This document shows positions 39,462 through 49,611 of a DNA stretch of 64,000 nucleotides, one piece after another. The notes under the pieces are model-generated. The model was not told the origin of the DNA, ran no database searches, and saw only the letters and a list, made by a program, of their open reading frames with translations. The stretch's first letter is position 1; each line of letters opens with the position of its first letter. Source of the DNA: a bacterium (GTDB taxonomy: Bacteria > Electryoneota > Electryoneia > Electryoneales > Electryoneaceae). The DNA lies in the NCBI GenBank assembly GCA_963675295.2, contig CAXXKJ010000002.1:3456001-3520000 (forward strand), read 5' to 3'. The translations under genes and the position numbers were made by a program.

Positions 39462-40994
39462 ATGACCGAGAATTTTGCGAAGCAACCCTCCCCCGAAGAA
39501 CTACAGCGGGATATCCAGAACTTTCTCAAGGACAAGTACGGTGCGGACGCAGTCCATGCCGAAGTCGACACCCTCGGCGCGAAGGAAATGGAAAGCACGC
39601 CGAAGGATGACGAAGAGATCGTCATCGATTTCGACATGACCCCGCGTGAACTGGAAGAATACCTCAAGGAGTATGTCGTCCGGCAGGAGGACGCGATCGA
39701 GGTGCTGGCGACCAAGGTCGCGACGCACTTCAACCGCATGCGTTGGGAACGGGAAGAAGGCAAGACGTGGAAACGCATTCCCGGGCAGATCAAGCCGAAC
39801 GTGCTGATGATCGGTCCAACCGGCGTCGGTAAGACCTACATCATCAAGCTGATCGCGGATCGATTGGGTGTGCCGTTCGTCAAGGGTGACGCGACCAAAT
39901 TCAGCGAAACGGGGTATGTCGGCGGTGATGTCGAGGATATGGTGCGCGACCTGGTGCGCGCGGCCGGCGGCAACATCAAGCAGGCCGAATATGGCATCAT
40001 CTACATCGATGAGATCGACAAGATCGCAGCAAGCCAGGGGCTGGCCGGGCCGGATGTCAGCCGCTCGGGCGTGCAACGCAACCTGCTCAAGCTGATGGAA
40101 GAAACCGACGTCGAACTGCGTGTGCCGCACGACCTCGCCTCGCAGATGGAAGCGGTGATGGAAGCGCAGCGAACCGGCAAGGCGCCGCGAAAGAAGGTCA
40201 ACACGCGCAACATCCTGTTTATCGTCAGCGGTGCGTTCAACGGGCTCGACGACATTGTGAAACGGCGGATGAACCGTCAGCCGATTGGCTTCGGCGGAGA
40301 TGTCGACACTCAGGTGAAGCACCGTGACGACCTGCTCAGCTTCGTCACCACGCAGGACCTGATCGATTACGGCTTCGAGTCGGAATTCATCGGCCGGTTG
40401 CCGGTGCTGGCACGGCTGGAGGATCTGGACACGGACGGCCTGTACGAAATCCTCTCCAACGATTTCAACGCCGTCACGCAGGGTAAGATCCGTGACTTCG
40501 CGGCGTATGGCATCGAGCTGAAGTTCGAGGATGACGCGTTGCAGCTGATCGCGCGGCAGGCGTACGACGAGAAGACCGGCGCGCGTGGGCTGACCCGTGC
40601 GGCAGAACGGGCGTTGATCACGTTCGAGAAACACCTGCCGTCAACCAGCGTGCGCGAATTCACGTTGACCGCGGAGGCGGTGAAGAATCCGAAGCCGGTG
40701 TGCGCAGAGCTGGTGTTCAATGCGACAGTGCGGGACGCGGTGCTCGAATTCAAGGAACAGACGGGGATTATCCTCTCCCTGACATCGGCTGCAAAAAAGT
40801 GGTTGAGCGAGGAAGCGAATCGTGTCAACAAGACACCGGGCGAGCTGCTACTGAATACCTTCGCGCCGCTGCACTACGCGTTCAACCTGCTGAACCAGGA
40901 ACAGGTGCGCGTGACGAAAACCTTGCTGCAGCAACCGAAACAGACCATCGAAGCGATGATCAAGAAGAGCTATCAGCCAAGCAAAGATGACTGA
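39462..40994 (+). CDS. ClpX-like AAA+ ATPase without N-terminal zinc-binding domain
   Basis: GPTGVGKT, DATKFSETGYVGGDVE, IDEIDKI, DVSRSGVQRNLLKLME, IGF loop, EFIGRLP, TGARGL. Confidence 0.88.
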   Translation: MTENFAKQPSPEELQRDIQNFLKDKYGADAVHAEVDTLGAKEMESTPKDDEEIVIDFDMTPRELEEYLKEYVVRQEDAIEVLATKVATHFNRMRWEREEGKTWKRIPGQIKPNVLMIGPTGVGKTYIIKLIADRLGVPFVKGDATKFSETGYVGGDVEDMVRDLVRAAGGNIKQAEYGIIYIDEIDKIAASQGLAGPDVSRSGVQRNLLKLMEETDVELRVPHDLASQMEAVMEAQRTGKAPRKKVNTRNILFIVSGAFNGLDDIVKRRMNRQPIGFGGDVDTQVKHRDDLLSFVTTQDLIDYGFESEFIGRLPVLARLEDLDTDGLYEILSNDFNAVTQGKIRDFAAYGIELKFEDDALQLIARQAYDEKTGARGLTRAAERALITFEKHLPSTSVREFTLTAEAVKNPKPVCAELVFNATVRDAVLEFKEQTGIILSLTSAAKKWLSEEANRVNKTPGELLLNTFAPLHYAFNLLNQEQVRVTKTLLQQPKQTIEAMIKKSYQPSKDD

Positions 40995-41031
40995 CGGGCT
41001 CTGGGCTCTGGGCGAAAAGGAAGCCAAAAGA

Positions 41032-41067
41032 ATGGCCGTGTCAACTTGAAGACACGGCCATCTATTT
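41032..41067. terminator. Terminator between convergent genes
   Basis: ATGGCCGTGTC / GACACGGCCAT stem. Confidence 0.7.
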
Positions 41068-41095
41068 ACTCAAAAACTCACCACTCACAACTGCG

Positions 41096-42463
41096 TTACT
41101 TCTTCATCTCCTCCTGCACTTCGATGCGTTCGACGAACTTGATGTCGAGACCTTCGAGTTCCTTGAGGATCGGGGTGTAGATGGCGGCGTGGATCGGGAT
41201 ATGTGACCCCGTGAGCTTCAACTGATCGGTGAGAATCAGCTTGACCGCGATTGCGGCGGGCAGGCCGACGGTTTTGCTCATGGCGGTTTCACCGCCGGCG
41301 TCCCCGTACTTGATCATCGTGCTGATGATCTTCTCGCTCGGGCGTGGCTTGGCAGCGTCCGGGTAGTCGACCAGCATCTTGTGGACGAGGATGACCATGT
41401 CGCGGCCATTTTCGGGCAACGCGAGTTTCTTCGAGATGAGGTGGACCATGGCATCGGCCGGAGTCTTGCCGGTGCAGCCGCATTTTTCGTCGTCGAAGAG
41501 CCCGAGCCACTCGAGCTTTTTCATCGTGTAGCCGGTCGCATTGATGCGCAGGTAGTTGGCGACACGCAACTTGATGTCGGACCCGTTCACATGGGGCGGC
41601 AGGCACATTTCGACAATGTCCCGCATACTGCGATCGTGCAGGTTGGGGATGGTCAGCTCGTCGTTGGTCAGGCCGAGGTTGATGATCGGCAGCCAGCTTT
41701 CCGCAAAGGACGGATTGCGCAACGTGCCCCGGATCATGGTGACAGCGTGCTGCAGGCCGAACAGGTCTTTGTAGGCGAGGCTGTCGCGGTTCGGGTAGGC
41801 TTCCAGGGTGCCGATACCGTCCACATCCACCGGCCACGTCTGGCGGAACACCTGATGGTAGGGCAGGATCTTGATCATCCCGTCCTCGAGGTACTGTGCG
41901 CCATTTCCGCCGGCGACAACGACGTTGTACGGATTCCACGTGATGACGTATTCGAACGGATTCGGGTCTTCGTCGTTGGCGGGTAAGCCGGACCCGTAGG
42001 AGACGAACTTGCGGATGACGCCGCCATCGGAACGGACGCGTGAAATAATCTCCTGGGCGCTCATCAAGTCGATGCCGGGATCGAGGCCGGTTTCATTGAG
42101 GATGAGCACGCCTTCCCTTTTCGCGGTCACGTCCAGCTCACGGATTTCCTTGCTGCGATAGGACGCGCTGACCATGTGCACGCCGTGCTGCACGCACTCA
42201 TAGGCTACCTGGTACTGGAAACGCGGGGCGAGGAAGTTGACGACGACGTCCGCATTCTTCACCTGGTGCTCGACCATCGACGGGTCAGTCACATCGAAAA
42301 AGATCGCAGTACCCTTGGGATGGTCGCCGACGCGTTCTTTGGCGGCTTCCTGATTGTAGTCGCCGACGGTGACGAACCAGTCGTTTTCCGCCGCGTTTTC
42401 GAGCAGGTAGCGAATCAGGCTGGGCGAGCTCTTGCCCGCGCCAAGGACGAGGATGTGCTTCAT
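41096..42463 (-). CDS. Saccharopine dehydrogenase family protein (Lys9-like)
   Basis: ILVLGAG, NETGLDPGID, YVITWNP, EAYPNRDS, RGTLR, AMSKTVGLP. Confidence 0.92.
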   Translation of the reverse strand: MKHILVLGAGKSSPSLIRYLLENAAENDWFVTVGDYNQEAAKERVGDHPKGTAIFFDVTDPSMVEHQVKNADVVVNFLAPRFQYQVAYECVQHGVHMVSASYRSKEIRELDVTAKREGVLILNETGLDPGIDLMSAQEIISRVRSDGGVIRKFVSYGSGLPANDEDPNPFEYVITWNPYNVVVAGGNGAQYLEDGMIKILPYHQVFRQTWPVDVDGIGTLEAYPNRDSLAYKDLFGLQHAVTMIRGTLRNPSFAESWLPIINLGLTNDELTIPNLHDRSMRDIVEMCLPPHVNGSDIKLRVANYLRINATGYTMKKLEWLGLFDDEKCGCTGKTPADAMVHLISKKLALPENGRDMVILVHKMLVDYPDAAKPRPSEKIISTMIKYGDAGGETAMSKTVGLPAAIAVKLILTDQLKLTGSHIPIHAAIYTPILKELEGLDIKFVERIEVQEEMKK

Positions 42464-42639
42464 CGGAGTGGCCTTTGCAAGTCCGTACAACGTTCAGAAC
42501 AACGATTTGGCGAAGGTAGCGAACGCGTAGAATGCGGACAAACAAGGTCGCTCCAAGGGCTTGTCCTGATGTGGCTAGATCCCCTTGCCAGTTGCCTGGG
42601 AGGTATCTACGTTATTGGAAACTGGACCTGCCTGGGGGA

Positions 42640-43299
42640 ATGACGATGATCCGTGCCATGCACTGCCTGCTCGCCCTTTTGCTCCTGCTGACGCCAGCCC
42701 TCTCATTGGCTGAAACCCACTCGCCGCTTGGCATCCGTGTCGAACGATCGCTGGAACAGACCGGCGACTCTGCGACAGCCGCAGTGGCAATCACTGTTGA
42801 AAACATCGAGGAACGACGGGCTGCTGTAGACGACCTGCCGACACGTCTGCGGTTGGCGTTGATGGTCGAACATGGGCGGTTGATCGAAGGTGTGGATCTG
42901 GACGAATCGTTGTCGGGGTATGAAGCCGGGCGGGAATTGAGCGCGGATGAGACCCGGTTTCACTGGTTTTTGCTGCCGATTGCGATGACAGTGCCGCTGT
43001 ACCTGTACTGGACGGGAAACCCGTACGCGCTGGCCCTGGGGGCTCTATTCACCCCGATTGCGTTGGTGACGGTGTTCATCACCAGTGCGAAGACACCGTT
43101 GCCGGATCTGCCGGAAAGCTTTCAGAACTCATTGCTGGACCGGTCACCCGACTTTACCGACGGTGCACAGATCGGATTCTCCATCTCGATGAAAAACCGG
43201 CGCATGAACCTGGTGTTGCTGGGGACACTGACCGGCGCGGCACTGTTCGGGCTCGCCCTGGGTACATTGGACGAGCCCGAATTCGGCGAACAAGACTAG
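42640..43299 (+). CDS. Hypothetical membrane protein
   Basis: Signal peptide plus three hydrophobic segments; G-rich RBS. Confidence 0.6.
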   Translation: MTMIRAMHCLLALLLLLTPALSLAETHSPLGIRVERSLEQTGDSATAAVAITVENIEERRAAVDDLPTRLRLALMVEHGRLIEGVDLDESLSGYEAGRELSADETRFHWFLLPIAMTVPLYLYWTGNPYALALGALFTPIALVTVFITSAKTPLPDLPESFQNSLLDRSPDFTDGAQIGFSISMKNRRMNLVLLGTLTGAALFGLALGTLDEPEFGEQD

Positions 43300-43314
43300 C
43301 CTGTGACAGCCGGG

Positions 43315-43941
43315 TCAGTCCTTCCCAGGCTCGAAGCGTTCGGTGTGGACGATGTCGTCATAGCCCAGCCGTTTGACACGATCCGGTGGCGGAGTCTTCT
43401 CATAGCCGACGGTCAGCAGCATCACCGGCATGTAATTCTCCGGAATCTCGAACGCCTCGATCACCTCCGGCGGACGAAAGCCGATGATCGCGGCGGTGTC
43501 GAGCCCGCGTTCCTTCGCGGCGAGCATCATCATCCCGATCATGATCGACGTCGAACGGATCGCCTCATCGCGCTGTACAACCGGATTCAGGCCGTAGAAC
43601 TTGCCGGATACGACGCGCAGGTGCTTGTCATCCGGGTAGTAGCCTTTCTCGATCCAGTCAGGGATGAAGCGGTCGACGTCGGTGTGGGCGTCAATCTTGC
43701 CGAGCACGATCAGCACGGCGGATGCGTCCTTGATGTGCTTCTGGTTCAGCGACGCGTCGTGCAGCTTCGCCTTGCCCTCCTCAGAACGCACGACGATAAA
43801 CCGCCAGTGGTTGAGGTTGAATGATGAGGGCGCGAGGGTCGATACCTCGATCAGCTCGCGGAGTTGTTCGTCGCTGACATGCTTGTCGGGATCGTACGAA
43901 TGCACGGACCGGCGTGCGGTGATGGCTTCGGAAACGGTCAT
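43315..43941 (-). CDS. Nitroreductase family protein
   Basis: RRSVHSY, APSSFNLNHWRF, LAAKERGLDT..I.GF. Confidence 0.92.
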   Translation of the reverse strand: MTVSEAITARRSVHSYDPDKHVSDEQLRELIEVSTLAPSSFNLNHWRFIVVRSEEGKAKLHDASLNQKHIKDASAVLIVLGKIDAHTDVDRFIPDWIEKGYYPDDKHLRVVSGKFYGLNPVVQRDEAIRSTSIMIGMMMLAAKERGLDTAAIIGFRPPEVIEAFEIPENYMPVMLLTVGYEKTPPPDRVKRLGYDDIVHTERFEPGKD

Positions 43942-44064
43942 CGGTCGTGGAACTCCTGGTGGTTCAACGGATTGTGTTTGTTTGGGTCAACTAACTGATA
44001 GACTGGCAAACGTAGGGCCGGTTTCGGGGATGGGCAACTACGACTCATGTCTCTCGTGGTTGAA

Positions 44065-44985
44065 TCAAGCCCGGTGGATGGATTTCCAGATGCGGCCCGC
44101 AAGGCCGGTGGAGATGGCGACGCCGATGACGGTGATGGTTCCGCCGAGCAGCAGGGGCAAGTCGAGCGGCTCGTCCAGCATGAAGTAGCTTCCCAGCGCG
44201 GCGATCAGCGGCACGAGGTAAATGAACATGGCGGCGGTTGATGCTTCCACACGTTTCAGGACGTACCCCCACATCACGAATCCGTACACGGTGCAGCCGA
44301 GCGAGAGGAACATCAGCGCCCAGAAGAGGTCACTGGACATGGTGGAGACGACCTGCATCAGTTCCGGTCCGATGAAGAACACCAGCGGCAGGCTGCCAGC
44401 GGTGATCGCGGAAACGGTCGATCCGACCGCGCCCAGTCTCGGGGCGGTGTTGCGGATGACGGAGGTGTAGAGTCCGATGCTGAGCGGCGCGCCGAGGGTG
44501 ATCACCATGCCGAGCAGGTTTTGTGCGCGCAGTTCCGGGGTGCCGTATCGGGCGAAGACGACGAACACCAGTCCGGCCAGCGCGAGAACGAGTCCGATCC
44601 AGGTGCGCGGGCGTGGGCGTTCACGCAGGAACAGCATCGCGACGATGGTGATCATCGCGGGATTCAGCGCAATCACGAGGGCGCCGAGTGACGCCGGAAG
44701 CATGGAAAGGCCGGTGTTGAGCGAGAGGTTGTAGAGGCTGACCATGAACAGACCGGCGATCAGCAGTTCGAGGGTCATGCGGCGCGTGAGGCGAAGCTGG
44801 CCCCGGACGGCTTTAACCAGTAGCATGACGGCGAATACGGCGGCGGCGGGGATGTAGCGCAGCAGCACCATCTGCCATGGTGATGCTTCCCGCAGTCCGA
44901 CTTCGATTGCGATAAACGACAAACCCCACAGCACCATCACGCTCAGGGCGATCAATGCTGTGGGGATGCTCAGTCCGGATTTCAA
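44065..44985 (-). CDS. DMT/EamA family transporter
   Basis: LWGLSF, two EamA-like repeats, YLVP...LDEP; about 10 TM helices. Confidence 0.9.
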   Translation of the reverse strand: MKSGLSIPTALIALSVMVLWGLSFIAIEVGLREASPWQMVLLRYIPAAAVFAVMLLVKAVRGQLRLTRRMTLELLIAGLFMVSLYNLSLNTGLSMLPASLGALVIALNPAMITIVAMLFLRERPRPRTWIGLVLALAGLVFVVFARYGTPELRAQNLLGMVITLGAPLSIGLYTSVIRNTAPRLGAVGSTVSAITAGSLPLVFFIGPELMQVVSTMSSDLFWALMFLSLGCTVYGFVMWGYVLKRVEASTAAMFIYLVPLIAALGSYFMLDEPLDLPLLLGGTITVIGVAISTGLAGRIWKSIHRA

Positions 44986-44990
44986 GGCTG

Positions 44991-45317
44991 TTAGTTCAAG
45001 TTGCGGTCAACGAACATGGACAGGTGCTGCTTCGGCACAGCGCCCACCACGCGGTCCGCTTCCTGGCCGTTCTTGAACAGAATCAGCGTCGGGATGCCAC
45101 GGATGCCGAGGGCGTTCGCGTGCATCGGGTTCTCATCGGTGTTGACCTTGGCGACCTTGATCTTGCCTTCGTAGTCACCGGCGATTTCTTCCACGATCGG
45201 GCCGACGATACGGCACGGCGCACACCACGGCGCCCAGAAGTCCACCAGTACGGGGACGTCAGACTGCAAGACTTCCTGTTCGAATGTCGCGTCAGAAACG
45301 TGCGTCGGTTCTGCCAT
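44991..45317 (-). CDS. trxA: Thioredoxin
   Basis: [20 protein letters not shown]. Confidence 0.95.
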   Translation of the reverse strand: MAEPTHVSDATFEQEVLQSDVPVLVDFWAPWCAPCRIVGPIVEEIAGDYEGKIKVAKVNTDENPMHANALGIRGIPTLILFKNGQEADRVVGAVPKQHLSMFVDRNLN

Positions 45318-45566
45318 CTTGACTGCTCCTTCTCTTCCTTCGCGAATGCAAACGTCGCGAATTGTTTATGTATTCAGTGTTGCGAATCTACTTACGGGTT
45401 TGTGAGCGGCAAAGGGCTCAGAGACAAACACTGTCACTGTTCGAGCGCTCCACGATCGTTGACGCTGCTTCCTATCTGCAGCGAATCGTCTACCAGGTGC
45501 GCTCATCTCGTTGGATGCACGACGGAAAAAAGGTTGCAACGGGGGACTCCGGGACGGAGCTCCGGG

Positions 45567-47342
45567 TCAGCGTATCAGCTCGTGGATGGTCATGTTGCCC
45601 TTTGCGAACACGGGCTGCAGCGATTCCAGCGCGCTGGAGTCGAGATCCGCTTCGGCGAGCTCAACCGGAATTTCCCGGTTGCGATCATGGATGAAGAACA
45701 CGCGTCCAGTGGGGGTTTCGTCCCGGCTGTACAGCACCTGGCGGCCGTCCCCGTAGCGATCGAGATAGAAGCCGATCACCGGGAAGCTCATGTTCCAGCG
45801 CACGAAATCGTCCGGTTCGAGGTTGGTGTTGAACCACTCCGCCGCCGCGATCATGCCGGTCTCGTAGGTCTGGCGGTGGTTCAGCGTGCGGGCGTAGTTG
45901 CCGATTTCCGCCACGGTCATGTTGAGCAGCAGCAGGATGCCGACCAGGACACCGCCGACACGCAGCAGTCGCGGAGAGGGGATCAGCTTCGTCAGCAACA
46001 GGCTGAATCCGGAGGCCGCCGCGATGGCGAGGAACGGCACCACCCAGGTCCAGACCCGGGTAAACGGGTGCACCTGCTGGATCACGACCAGCGCCAAGGT
46101 GACCACAACCAGCGGCACGATGAATGGCCACGGTTTCTTCTTCCACGGATGCAGGACCAGGCTGACGAGGATCGAAACGGCAAGAACGAGCTGCAACCAC
46201 AGCGGCAATGTGCCGGCGAGGTAGTCGTGGAAGCCGGATATCCATTCCGGCATCTGGGTGCGCCACTGGGCGGAGGTGATCGCGACGACATACTGGTTCG
46301 CGTACACCGATTCCGGCCCGGAGACGACGAACACCGGCAGGTACAGCAGCAGCGTCAACGCCACCGCGACCCAGCCGTAGATCGCGAGGTACTTGAACCG
46401 CACCTTGAGCGGGTGACCGTTGGTGAACAGCAGCCACACCCAGAGGAACGCGACGGGATACACTCCGGTGGGGATGGTGTGCACGCTGAGCGCGGCGAGC
46501 AGGGCGAACATCAGCCACGCCGCCCGGTTGCGGGAATGGATCAGCGTGAAGGCGAGCAGCGCCATCAGCAACACGAGCAGCAACTGCAACGAATAACCGC
46601 GGCCCTGCGTCGAGTAGCGGATCATCCAGTGGCTGGCGGTGACCAGCGTCGCCGCGAAGAGGCCGGTCTGGATGTTGAGCACCCGTCGTCCGAGCAGGTA
46701 TGTCAGGGGGATCGTCAGCACGCCGAAGATCAGCGCGGGCAGGCGTACCGCCCACGCGGACGCGCCGAACAGTTCGATTGTGCCGTGCATGAACACGTTG
46801 TACAGGATGTGGTTGTTCGGCGCCTGGTAGTAGCTGAGGATGACATACAGCGGCCGTGAGGCGAAGAACAGGTAGCTGTAAGATTCGTCGTACTCGAGGC
46901 CGTCATTGAAGTACAGCATTCGCAGCACGACCCCAGCGAGGGTCAATCCGATCAGCGCCAGTTGCTGCCAGAGAGAGAGTTCGGCCCACGCCGCGCGTGC
47001 CGCCTGCCCCAGCGACCGCACGTAGATGCGCAGATCCTCGCCGAACCGGTCCAGCCCAAGCGCAAACCGCCGGCGGAACACGATCAACGCGGTCGTCAGC
47101 AGGCTGAGGATCGCGAGGCCGTATGCCAACTTGTGCTGCAGGTTGGCGTGAAACGCGGGCGTGAAGAATTCGACTTCGTCATCCGAGACCGCGTCCGCCT
47201 GCGCTTTCAGGGTTTCATACGGGACCAGCGCGACGGTCAACCCGGCCGCGATGATCAGCAGCAGCACGATGAAGGTGGTCGCGAGCAGGGTTCGGGCGGT
47301 TCGCGACGCGGGCAGGCGAATGTCGTCGTTGTCGGTGGCCAT
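45567..47342 (-). CDS. GT-C membrane glycosyltransferase (ArnT/PMT-like)
   Basis: LEYDE, NNH.LY, WAVRLP, YSTQGRGY; many TM helices; next to a GT2. Confidence 0.8.
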   Translation of the reverse strand: MATDNDDIRLPASRTARTLLATTFIVLLLIIAAGLTVALVPYETLKAQADAVSDDEVEFFTPAFHANLQHKLAYGLAILSLLTTALIVFRRRFALGLDRFGEDLRIYVRSLGQAARAAWAELSLWQQLALIGLTLAGVVLRMLYFNDGLEYDESYSYLFFASRPLYVILSYYQAPNNHILYNVFMHGTIELFGASAWAVRLPALIFGVLTIPLTYLLGRRVLNIQTGLFAATLVTASHWMIRYSTQGRGYSLQLLLVLLMALLAFTLIHSRNRAAWLMFALLAALSVHTIPTGVYPVAFLWVWLLFTNGHPLKVRFKYLAIYGWVAVALTLLLYLPVFVVSGPESVYANQYVVAITSAQWRTQMPEWISGFHDYLAGTLPLWLQLVLAVSILVSLVLHPWKKKPWPFIVPLVVVTLALVVIQQVHPFTRVWTWVVPFLAIAAASGFSLLLTKLIPSPRLLRVGGVLVGILLLLNMTVAEIGNYARTLNHRQTYETGMIAAAEWFNTNLEPDDFVRWNMSFPVIGFYLDRYGDGRQVLYSRDETPTGRVFFIHDRNREIPVELAEADLDSSALESLQPVFAKGNMTIHELIR

Positions 47343-47349
47343 GGTCGGC

Positions 47350-48048
47350 TCAGCGCATCAGGTTGTATTTGAGGATGCAGTACAGGTGCCGGAACGCGTC
47401 CTTGAAGCGGATTTTCTTCCCCTCCTGGTACGTGCGGCCATAATAGGAGATCGGGACTTCGTACACCCGCCAGCGCGAGGTAACAGTCTTTGCAGTCAAC
47501 TCCGGGTCGATGCCGAAGCCGTTCTCGTACAGTGTGATCGAGTCCAGCACCTCGCGGCGGAAGGCTTTGTAGCAGACGTTGATGTCGGTCAGGTTGACGT
47601 TCGTCAGCAAATTGCTGAGGAAGGTCAGCGCCTTGTTCGCGAGGTAATGCCAGTAATAGAGAACGCGGTGCGCGCCGATGGAGAGGAAGCGGCTGCCGTA
47701 GACAACGTCCGCGATGTCATCCTGGATAAGGTGGACGAGCCGTGGGATCTCGGCGGGATCGTACTCGAGGTCGGCGTCCTGGATGACGACGACATCGCCG
47801 GTGGCGTATTTGAAGCCAGTGCGCAAGGCGCCGCCCTTGCCCCGGTTCTGCGCGTGACGGATGAATTTGACCCGCTCATGCGCGGTTTCCAGCTCCCGTC
47901 CGATCCGTGGGCTGTCGTCACGCGAATGATCGTCCACCAGGATCACTTCCAGCTCGTCGAACCCGTAATCCACCGCAAGCACTCGGCGGACCAGTTCGCT
48001 GAGAGTCGCTGCTTCGTTGTAGATGGGAATGACGATGGACAGTTTCAT
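47350..48048 (-). CDS. GT2 polyprenol-phosphate glycosyltransferase (DPM1-like)
   Basis: SIVIPIYNE, VDDHSRD, NRGKGGA, QDADLEYDP, VYGSRF, EVPISY.GR. Confidence 0.92.
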   Translation of the reverse strand: MKLSIVIPIYNEAATLSELVRRVLAVDYGFDELEVILVDDHSRDDSPRIGRELETAHERVKFIRHAQNRGKGGALRTGFKYATGDVVVIQDADLEYDPAEIPRLVHLIQDDIADVVYGSRFLSIGAHRVLYYWHYLANKALTFLSNLLTNVNLTDINVCYKAFRREVLDSITLYENGFGIDPELTAKTVTSRWRVYEVPISYYGRTYQEGKKIRFKDAFRHLYCILKYNLMR

Positions 48049-48202
48049 TGCCGCTCCGTGTGCCGCGTGTCTCGTTCGTGTTGAAACTACACGCTGAGAT
48101 GCAGGAGGCAAGAGGGAATTGAGAGACGGGGGGCGAAGAGATTTAAATGGCTCAATGAGATTTGTGAGTCGATTTTCGCATTTCAGAGGTGCAGCAGAGA
48201 TC

Positions 48203-49528
48203 CTACTCTTTTTTTGTCGGATACGGCGATTCACCAACTAGCTCAATGCTGTAGGACCGAACGCCGATCAAACTGCTCAATGCAAGTTCAAGATCGACCA
48301 GCGACCTTCGACTCTCATCAGCGGAATGAATCAACTTAGAAATCCAGACCGTCATTGTCCTTTGACGCTTTAAATTGCCAAATCCCGGTTTGAGTACAAG
48401 GTCAACTATATTAAAATACTGCCGAAGTAAAACACGTGTCACGGCATAGATCTGACCCGGGACATCGATGGTAACAATTTCAAGGATTAGCTCTTCGAAT
48501 TTTCCTTCCGTACTGGACTTCGGAATCAGTTTCCGTACGGTTGTTGTAAGATCCCACTTTCGTTTATAAAGATTTAACATCTTTTTTTCTTCCTTATCCG
48601 GCTTGTACACTTCCATTTTAAAATCTGTCGGCTTATTTGTGTCTACCGAATCCTTACTAAACAACTTTGCCATAAATGCGGCCAGATCTAAATCAGATGG
48701 CGGGTTATATTTTGACTTGAAAGTAACATAGATCGATGCCATAGATGTATATATAGAGGAAGAATGAGATACATGCAAAATATTGATGTTATTTGAAAAG
48801 AAATACATAGATAGATAGTGTATTAGACCAATAAAGTCAGGCCCATTGTAACGAGCCACATGTATATTATTAAATTCAGTATGATCATCGTCAACATATT
48901 CTTTATATTTTTTGAAATCTATATCTATTCTGTCCATAATTTCCCTTCTTTTTCTTATTATCGTTAATTTTATAGCCTTATCTTTACTATAATAGACTAA
49001 CGGTTCTTTTTCATCTGTTGTTGCATCTTTAGCCATCAACCTACCAACCGTTTTAGCGTTTATAGTATTTTCAAATTCTTTTAGAATCCATTCAGGAAGG
49101 AAATCATTAAGGTACGGATGTTTTTTATCCTTATCCTCGAATTTCCACAACGATGAATCCGGAACTTTCCAGTAAATATTGACAACAGGCTCATCATAAG
49201 CACGATCGACATCGGTTTCAGAATAGTTGTATTTTTTGAAGGTTTTGTACTCGTATTGAATAGGTGTTTCGTTCGTATTATTGTACGGGATACTTCTTTC
49301 TCCCTCTGTCAGGTAGTACAGTAGCACGAGGCGATCCGCGTTTTTCAGCAGATTGTCCACCACATCCTTCAGTTTCGTTTTATTCTCATCTCTATCGTCA
49401 ATTTCTCTGGGATCGGCTTCGAAGAACAGGGGACGATACCCATTCATACACAGCATGTGGACTGTATCCTTCCGTTCCTGTAGGAGCTCAGATACTCGTG
49501 AACTAACGAACACACTGATCGGATCCAT
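48203..49528 (-). CDS. AT-rich hypothetical protein: DUF4062-like N-terminus + two ACT-like domains
   Basis: VFVSS...L..ER...G..P..FE...QYEY at the N-terminus; GPDFIGLIHYLS..F..NNINI and DVPGQIYAVT.VL...FNI ACT-like motifs. Confidence 0.65.
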   Translation of the reverse strand: MDPISVFVSSRVSELLQERKDTVHMLCMNGYRPLFFEADPREIDDRDENKTKLKDVVDNLLKNADRLVLLYYLTEGERSIPYNNTNETPIQYEYKTFKKYNYSETDVDRAYDEPVVNIYWKVPDSSLWKFEDKDKKHPYLNDFLPEWILKEFENTINAKTVGRLMAKDATTDEKEPLVYYSKDKAIKLTIIRKRREIMDRIDIDFKKYKEYVDDDHTEFNNIHVARYNGPDFIGLIHYLSMYFFSNNINILHVSHSSSIYTSMASIYVTFKSKYNPPSDLDLAAFMAKLFSKDSVDTNKPTDFKMEVYKPDKEEKKMLNLYKRKWDLTTTVRKLIPKSSTEGKFEELILEIVTIDVPGQIYAVTRVLLRQYFNIVDLVLKPGFGNLKRQRTMTVWISKLIHSADESRRSLVDLELALSSLIGVRSYSIELVGESPYPTKKE

Positions 49529-49611
49529 CGTTATACTCCCTGATGAAAGACTGATAACATATCTCTAATGAATAATCAACACAAAGTAAATAGAAGGTTT
49601 AAAAGAAAATA

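Noticed and set aside
48049-48237. N-terminal extension of the GT2 ORF overlapping the DUF4062-like gene
   Set aside because: The GT2 domain begins at MKLSIVIP (48048); the extension looks non-coding
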